A stretch of DNA of 64,000 nt from Marsupella aquatica (taxonomy: Eukaryota; Plantae; Marchantiophyta): NCBI GenBank assembly GCA_973895155.1, contig OZ316895.1, forward strand, positions 16,844,170-16,908,169, written 5' to 3'. Below the pieces are notes generated by a model that was not told where the DNA came from, made no database searches, and saw only the letters and a program-made list of their open reading frames with translations. The position numbers and the translations under genes are program-made. This document shows, in pieces, positions 56,228 through 64,000 of the stretch; the first letter of the stretch is position 1; every line of letters begins with the position of its first letter.

Positions 56228-57203
56228 AGGCCCATGAGGCATTGGCCAGTTACCTCTCCGTAAATCTTACTTTGTAATATCATTGAAAATTGTGAACCAT
56301 GACCCCCTTCAATCTGGCTCAGAATTTGTCAAGAGTACCATTTAATATTCATGTTGGTTATATGGATAGAGTCACAACTCGTCCCAAACTTAGCTCTTTC
56401 AACATTCATCCATCAAGTTTACGTCCAATAACCCATCTCTCTCGGGGCATGGCATCTTACCCCCTCTGCTGACCGCCGTGGAGGATTACTGCCCATATCT
56501 ATATAGCCCCTTGGAGTGTAATGGGTTACCCTCCACAACCTTCTCACGAAATACTGAGGAAGAATATCAGAGGTCTTGTCCCTTGACCCTTGGCAAGCCT
56601 CCTCACTCTGTCATCATTGTGTCTATTAAATCATGGTCTGTTATGCCGTTACGGTAGTTTCCTTCAAGAGCTGTGGTTGATTGAAGGTACGCCATGGTGG
56701 ATCGTGGGAACAGAAGCCTTGAAATGAATGTATTCCATTCCAACTTAATAAAGACTCGTTGTCTCCCTCCTTAATTGGACCTACCCATTCGCCTAATCTG
56801 TGTCAGTGCAGTGGAAATGTAATGACGCGCACGGCACTCCTTGGATGCCAGTTTCATCAGTGATCAACCGGGGTGACCAAGGATGAACACTCCCTTCGAT
56901 TGCATCGCATCGCATTCATGTGCCATTGCTGCTCTGCTCGGGGAGGCGGCTTAATACTAATCAGAAAGGCGCCAAAATGTCAGTGAGTCTTGTACGGTGA
57001 ACTGCGATGCCTGTTCTCTCCAGGTTGACTCGAATGCCAATTAATTTTCATTTGCATTGCAGAGCTGGGCAGACAGATGGACCCGTCACTTCGCTCGAGT
57101 AAGTTTGCATGCAGAGTTGTGTCATGATCGACCTCCCTACACTGGTAGGTGCTTTTGATTCTTTAGTTGCCTTGAAAGTGGGTGCTTTTGATTCGATCTC
57201 GTG

Positions 57204-57596
57204 CATTCAGTGTAGATCATCATTCTGTCTCAGGCAGTGAGTTCAGGGCTGCATCCAAACGAGCGCCAAAATAGTCAGCTCACCTCGATACTAACGTTGT
57301 ATCACACATACATGGAGCTGTTAGCTTTGTTCGCTTGTTAGTACTGAAGAAGAACTCCTTCCAGTCGAACAGGTATAGTACTGTAGTTGGAATGGACACT
57401 TTTAGATGCTTTAGATTCTATCTCATCCATTCAGTGTAGATCATTCTGGCTGAGGCAGTGAGTTCCCAGCACTGCGCAAGTTGCATTAGAATGAGCGCCA
57501 AAATAATCAGCTCAGTTTGATACTAACGTTGTACTACACATGCATGGAACTGTTAGCTTGTTGATACTGAACCGGTGAAGAACTCGATCCCTCCAG
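57204..57596. repeat. Diverged tandem duplication, ~224-bp period
   Basis: CATTCAGTGTAGATCAT..AGGCAGTGAGTTC...GAGCGCCAAAATA.TCAGCTCA...GATACTAACGTTGTA..ACACAT.CATGGA.CTGTTAGCTT twice. Confidence 0.85.
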
Positions 57597-59617
57597 ACCA
57601 AGAGCTAGATTGTAAGCACATCCGTACGGGTATATATAGTGGTCGAAAAGAAAGAAATTGAGTGAACTGAGAAATCTGTTCTGCACGACGACTACCAGGC
57701 GGGTTGTGGGGTCGCTGGCACCTGCGCTGAAGCTACTACGCAAAGTACCACCAGTGAGTAAACCACTCTATGCTTTTGTTACAGCTTTTTGTCGCAGTTT
57801 CAGCGTGTCGCTGCAGATCCGGTCCTACTTTCCACCCAGCTCTGTAATTAATTTATTGCAGCCGTTCCGCGGTTGCTTGTTGCTTGTGATTTTGGTGATT
57901 TTGGTGCCTCACTTGGGCAGGATTAGTTTAAATCTCGACCTCATATTTGTGATACTTCACAAGTTGGTTGTAGTAGACATGGCGAAGGTCCTGCACAATG
58001 GATTTGGTCGAACGGATGCTCAGAGGTCGCTGGACCCACAGTTGTAGCGAGTGAGAGAGGAGATTAGAGCAGAATGGCTGACCCCACTACCAACGGGAAC
58101 TTTTATATTTATCTGGTATTTTCCTTCTGAAGCACGAGAACAAAGCTGGCGCTCTGGACTGGCAGTGTAGGTACTGATGTACGAGACTGCAGGTATCGTG
58201 CTGTGAATAATGATGAGCTTGTCCGGCTAATTTTTACGGTCCATGTAATAAGTGAATTCTCCTGTGAACGACACTTCATTTCACGGTCCATGGATATATC
58301 CATGAATCCGTGATATGCCGATCCTGTCTACATCGCTCTCTTGATACTATGGAAGTGCTACTATTGACCGCTTCGGGACGCTTCTACTTCATGGCTTACT
58401 TGAGCTGTCCTGGGTCCCGTATTCGATGGCTCTCGGTGGTCGTTTCTACGTGACAAGGCACTTGCCTCGTCATGAAGACCATTCACGGGCAAGAGTATTC
58501 TACTCAAGAGCTAGTTGCGCAGGACCTGTTTGATTTCTTTGGGCTCATTGCTCGTCGATTATCCTGAGTCCAAGCCAAACGAATCCTGCCATAAAGTGTG
58601 CTCTCCTTTCATTCGCTGCCTCTTCCAAGTTATGCAGGGACATCGATCTCGACGTCGGGAGCTTCTATTGTCAAGTGATTGTGGATTTACTGGGACTTTC
58701 TTAAGTTTTAGATTCACTGGGGACAATCAGTGTTGCACGAGGTTGCAAACCCCGGTAGGGATTTCAGTGTCCGCTGTCGCAATGACAGTGTTCCATTCTC
58801 AGCGGAACCTGATCCAGCATGTAGCACTTTGAGTAGTTTGCAGCCTAACATATCGACTCATGCACGTAGGTTTCGTCCACAGAGCGTTGTCTGCCACTCT
58901 CGTCGGGATTCTTTCGCTGTGATCGATTTTTAATGAGCTCTCTAGCTCTGATGAATTTGAATGGTTTCTAGTGAAGTAAGTGGTGGCCAAGAACCGTATG
59001 AACGAAGTGTGAATTTCGGAAAGAAGTCGGATGTACTGGTGTGACGACTGCTTCGATCGATCTGTCATCGCCTGCAGACGTGTCTTTTGGTAAATAGCAC
59101 CTCCCTCCCCGTGTTGCTTCGTCTTCAGCGCTCTCTTTCTTACGTCATCTGTTTCTCACTGGAACAGTGTGCTGGGTACGATATACGGAGAGCATTCACT
59201 GATACGCCAGTTGTTTTCAAGGTTGATTCCTCCCCTGAAGGGTTACTTGTTAGTACTTTAGCTCACTGAACTGTACCCTAGTCTTCTGTGAATTGGGATT
59301 GAGGTCATGTCTTAATTATTCGTACACTGTCGCTCTCGTATCACCGGTCCGTTTCTGGCCTTTGGTTTGGAAGGCTCTTATCGACCAAATCATGAGGTCA
59401 CCTCGTGAATGGATGCAGATTCGTAAGCTGTCTAGATCACGTGCCTTGGAAGAGCATCATTTTGACTGTTGTCTAGCTTCGCCCAAAGCTTGTGGATGTT
59501 TTTATCTGCCAGCAGGTCTTCAAAACGTTGTTGATAGATCGATACTCTTGAGTGCTCAACTACAGCTGCTGACTCGTTTCCACATATCTCAGGTATTCGA
59601 TACTGGGATCTAAGGCC

Positions 59618-61435
<1,818 letters not shown>

Positions 61436-61544
61436 AGGAAGGGTTGAGACGGGCCCCTAAAATGAAAAGAACGTGGGTCAGTTGGAGAGTTGAAACCCTG
61501 CATTGCGGAGTGCCCATTCTGAGTAAGCGTCGTGATCTGGGGTT

Positions 61545-61685
61545 AAGGTTGTGACCGGATGTAAATTTCAGAAGTGACTTTCAAATTCTTCGATTACTCC
61601 AAAATATATGATCCGGCATTTGAGGTTGCGGCCGGATGTAAATTTCAGAAGTGACCTTCAATTTCTTTGATTACGCCAATATATC
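61545..61685. repeat. Tandem duplication, ~77-bp unit
   Basis: CCGGATGTAAATTTCAGAAGTGAC.TTCAA.TTCTT.GATTAC.CCAA twice. Confidence 0.88.
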
Positions 61686-61737
61686 GCTGCGTGACTGTCA
61701 CAGTAAAGTCTTTTTCTGCACACAAGGTCCTAGGTGA

Positions 61738-62030
61738 GCCTTGTTACAGTGTAAGTTTGTTCTGCCCATAAGCGTTCTTCCAGATGCGATAAATTACAGG
61801 GTTCAGTACTGTAATTTTCATCGATCTCGACAGAAACTAAATTCACACTCACGGTGGTAGACGAGTGCTTTTCTGTATTACAACGAGCCGTTTGTGCCTC
61901 GTTGTTACAGTGAAGTTTGTTCTGCACATAACAGTTCTTCCAGATGTGATAAACAAAGGGTTCAGTACTCAAATTTTCATTTCTCTGGACAGTAACGAAA
62001 TTCACACTCGCGTTGGTAGAAGAGTGCTTC
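61738..62030. repeat. Tandem duplication, ~160-bp period
   Basis: TTGTTACAGTG.AAGTTTGTTCTGC.CATAA..GTTCTTCCAGATG.GATAAA...GGGTTCAGTACT..AATTTTCAT...AAATTCACACTC.CG.TGGTAGA.GAGTGCTT twice. Confidence 0.88.
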
Positions 62031-62378
62031 GAAATCTTGTGTGTAGCAGCAAAGGTCCTTGCGGTGGATCATCTCTAGGTGTAGCCTCATACTGTCTAGG
62101 AATGACTTGGCCGTCCTTAGTACTAAAAGTAATTTTAATACCCCATTTGCAGAGGTCGTTTCAAGTTGGAACAACCTTAACAATATAGTGTACATATGTT
62201 TCTACAATAAGGTTGCCAACGATACAATCTGAGTGGGCCCTTCAGGGCTCGCATCACTTAATGTGAACTTTGTCAACGAGAAACAATACAATGTACAAAT
62301 GTTGTCTGTGCATGCCAACAATGCCAACATCATGGACCATTGGCGGCCTCCAATCACTTCAAGTGAACTTTGTTCAGC

Positions 62379-62843
62379 CAAAAGAAATACACTTTGTTCA
62401 GCCAAACGAAATACTGCTCCACAGCATTGCTTTTCGGAGCAATATTTTGTTTAGGAGAACTTAGTCTGATTTTGCTTTTTTGGAGGACAAAGAGCGGACA
62501 GGGAATGCAGTCTATTTCCAAGAAGGGCCACCGGGAAGCAAGGCCTTTACCGGGCAAGAAGACCATGTTATTCTTCTTCCCTTCCAATTTCCCACAGTAT
62601 AGTGTACATATTCAAAAGAAATACACTTTTTTCAGCCAAACGAAATACTGCCCCACAGGACCACAGCGTTGCATTTTAGAGCATTATTTTGTTTCAGGAA
62701 AACTTCCAGTAGTTCGATTTTGCATTTTGGGAGGACAAAGAGAGCACACGAAATGCAGTCAATTTCCGAGAAGGGGCACCGGGAAGAAAGGCCCTTTACC
62801 GGGCAAGAAGCCCATGTTTTTCTTGTTCCCTTCCAACTTCCCA
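62379..62843. repeat. Tandem duplication, ~240-bp period
   Basis: CAAAAGAAATACACTTT.TTCAGCCAAACGAAATACTG...GGAGGACAAAGAG...GAAGGG.CACCGGGAAG.AAGGCC.TTTACCGGGCAAGAAG.CCATGTT.TT.TT.TTCCCTTCCAA.TTCCCAC twice. Confidence 0.88.
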
Positions 62844-63160
62844 CCGGCAGGCATCCCGCCATCCACCGGGTCAGTCGTCGACTGTCTTACCGTAAAAAGC
62901 GGAAGGAGGCAAAGGGGTACACTGTAAAGCGCCACTGCGCCGGACTGTATGGCGCACACACAATACGAGCCCCTGATTGGCTGCCGCGATTAGATACGAC
63001 AAGAGTCCCGCCGGGTGTATGCTGGACAGTGGACAGCGGGAGGACCACCGTACATCTGAATGCATCTAGATACGCCCTACGGGCACTGTGCCTAGATTCG
63101 GCCCAATGAGAAATGGACACGCATGACTTTAGTCACTGTACTGAATGCTTGAGACATGAA

Positions 63161-63850
63161 TAGCCTATGTTTTAGATGCGAATTTTCGCCAACTTGGACC
63201 CCCCCCCACACAATAAAAAATATTTCCGTGACTTTTGACGAAATTTGCTAGATTGTTTCTCATATAATCCATAATCTAATGGTAGTACATAAATCTAGGA
63301 AGATGGTCACTAAACTTCACAAAAACCAAATAATGTATTCTTAACATTTTCTGGTTCACAAGAGGCTTTGGTGAAAGAGAAAACGTTAAAGATTACCTAC
63401 CCTGGTCTGAGACATCCCTACTAGCATTTTCTTTTTTGCTACTGTAGATCCCAGTTTTTCCCTTTCAGTAGTTTTTTGTCTAGCAACAAACCCCATTAGT
63501 CAGAATATGACTGCTTTCCATCTAGCAACCAACCCCATTTAGTTAGAATTTGACAATATCCTGAAAACTAGGGAGGTCTGATTTGATAAAAATGAATGTA
63601 AGAAATTTAGAAAAAGGATCATTTTAGCATGAGTTTTGGCCACTTTGAACCAAACTTCATTAAGTTTTTGCCTTCCCTTGAGACTTTCCCTCCTAGCCAC
63701 GAACAGCATTAGCCAGATTGTGAAAGTTATCCTTCCAGCTAACGAGATCTAAGGATTATAAATTGATCTAAGAAAGTAGATACAAAAATATTCTTGACAT
63801 GCTCTTCACATGGTCATATCTGCCACCTGGCTAAAAAGAAAACACTTTTA
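63161..63850 (+). mobile_element. More distant member of the hAT-like terminal repeat family, copy 4
   Basis: TAGCCTATGTTTTAGATGCGAATTTTCGC resembles the copy-2 terminus; weak downstream similarity around CATTAGCCAG...GAGATCT...AAATATT at 63705-63850. Confidence 0.4.
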
Positions 63851-64000
63851 TTATTCCTTAGGGTGGCTTTATGGGGCTTGAGGGTCATTGTTTGGTTTGA
63901 TTCCATGCAAGATTAAATCTGGACCCTATAATGAATGGAACAGCTGTAGTTAGCTTTGTACAAACTCAAGGGCCCATTAAGGCATAGTAGACTAGGTACA

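Noticed and set aside
62370-63120. 185-aa and 146-aa ORFs
   Set aside because: Largely within a ~240-bp tandem duplication; no recognisable protein motif

Overview
Eukaryotic nuclear DNA from a land plant, most likely a seed-free lineage (bryophyte-like). The inference rests on an intact cilia-type tubulin polyglutamylase (TTLL9-like) and a moss-style DYW domain. Six apparently intact genes were reconstructed by hand: RPS28 (-), a 2-exon cationic amino acid transporter (+), a 12-exon TTLL9-like glutamylase (+), a 3-exon MaoC/hotdog dehydratase (-), an F-box/kelch protein with an intronless CDS (+) and a canonical 4-exon class III peroxidase (+). Two orphan 3'-terminal gene fragments are present (WD40 of the LWD/TTG1/AN11 family; DYW deaminase domain). 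There is one complete but inactivated Ty1/copia element (40013-46370; 344-bp LTRs, GACTC TSD) nested in older repeat debris, a dispersed hAT-like terminal repeat in 4 copies, a tandem tRNA-derived SINE-like element, and many local two- or three-copy tandem duplications, some overlapping exons. I found no convincing novel multi-gene system. The best leads are the orphan DYW domain behind a run of minus-strand splice sites, a duplicated decoy acceptor in TTLL9, the tRNA-like tandem element, and small translation/splicing control features. All calls are by eye; no searches were run.
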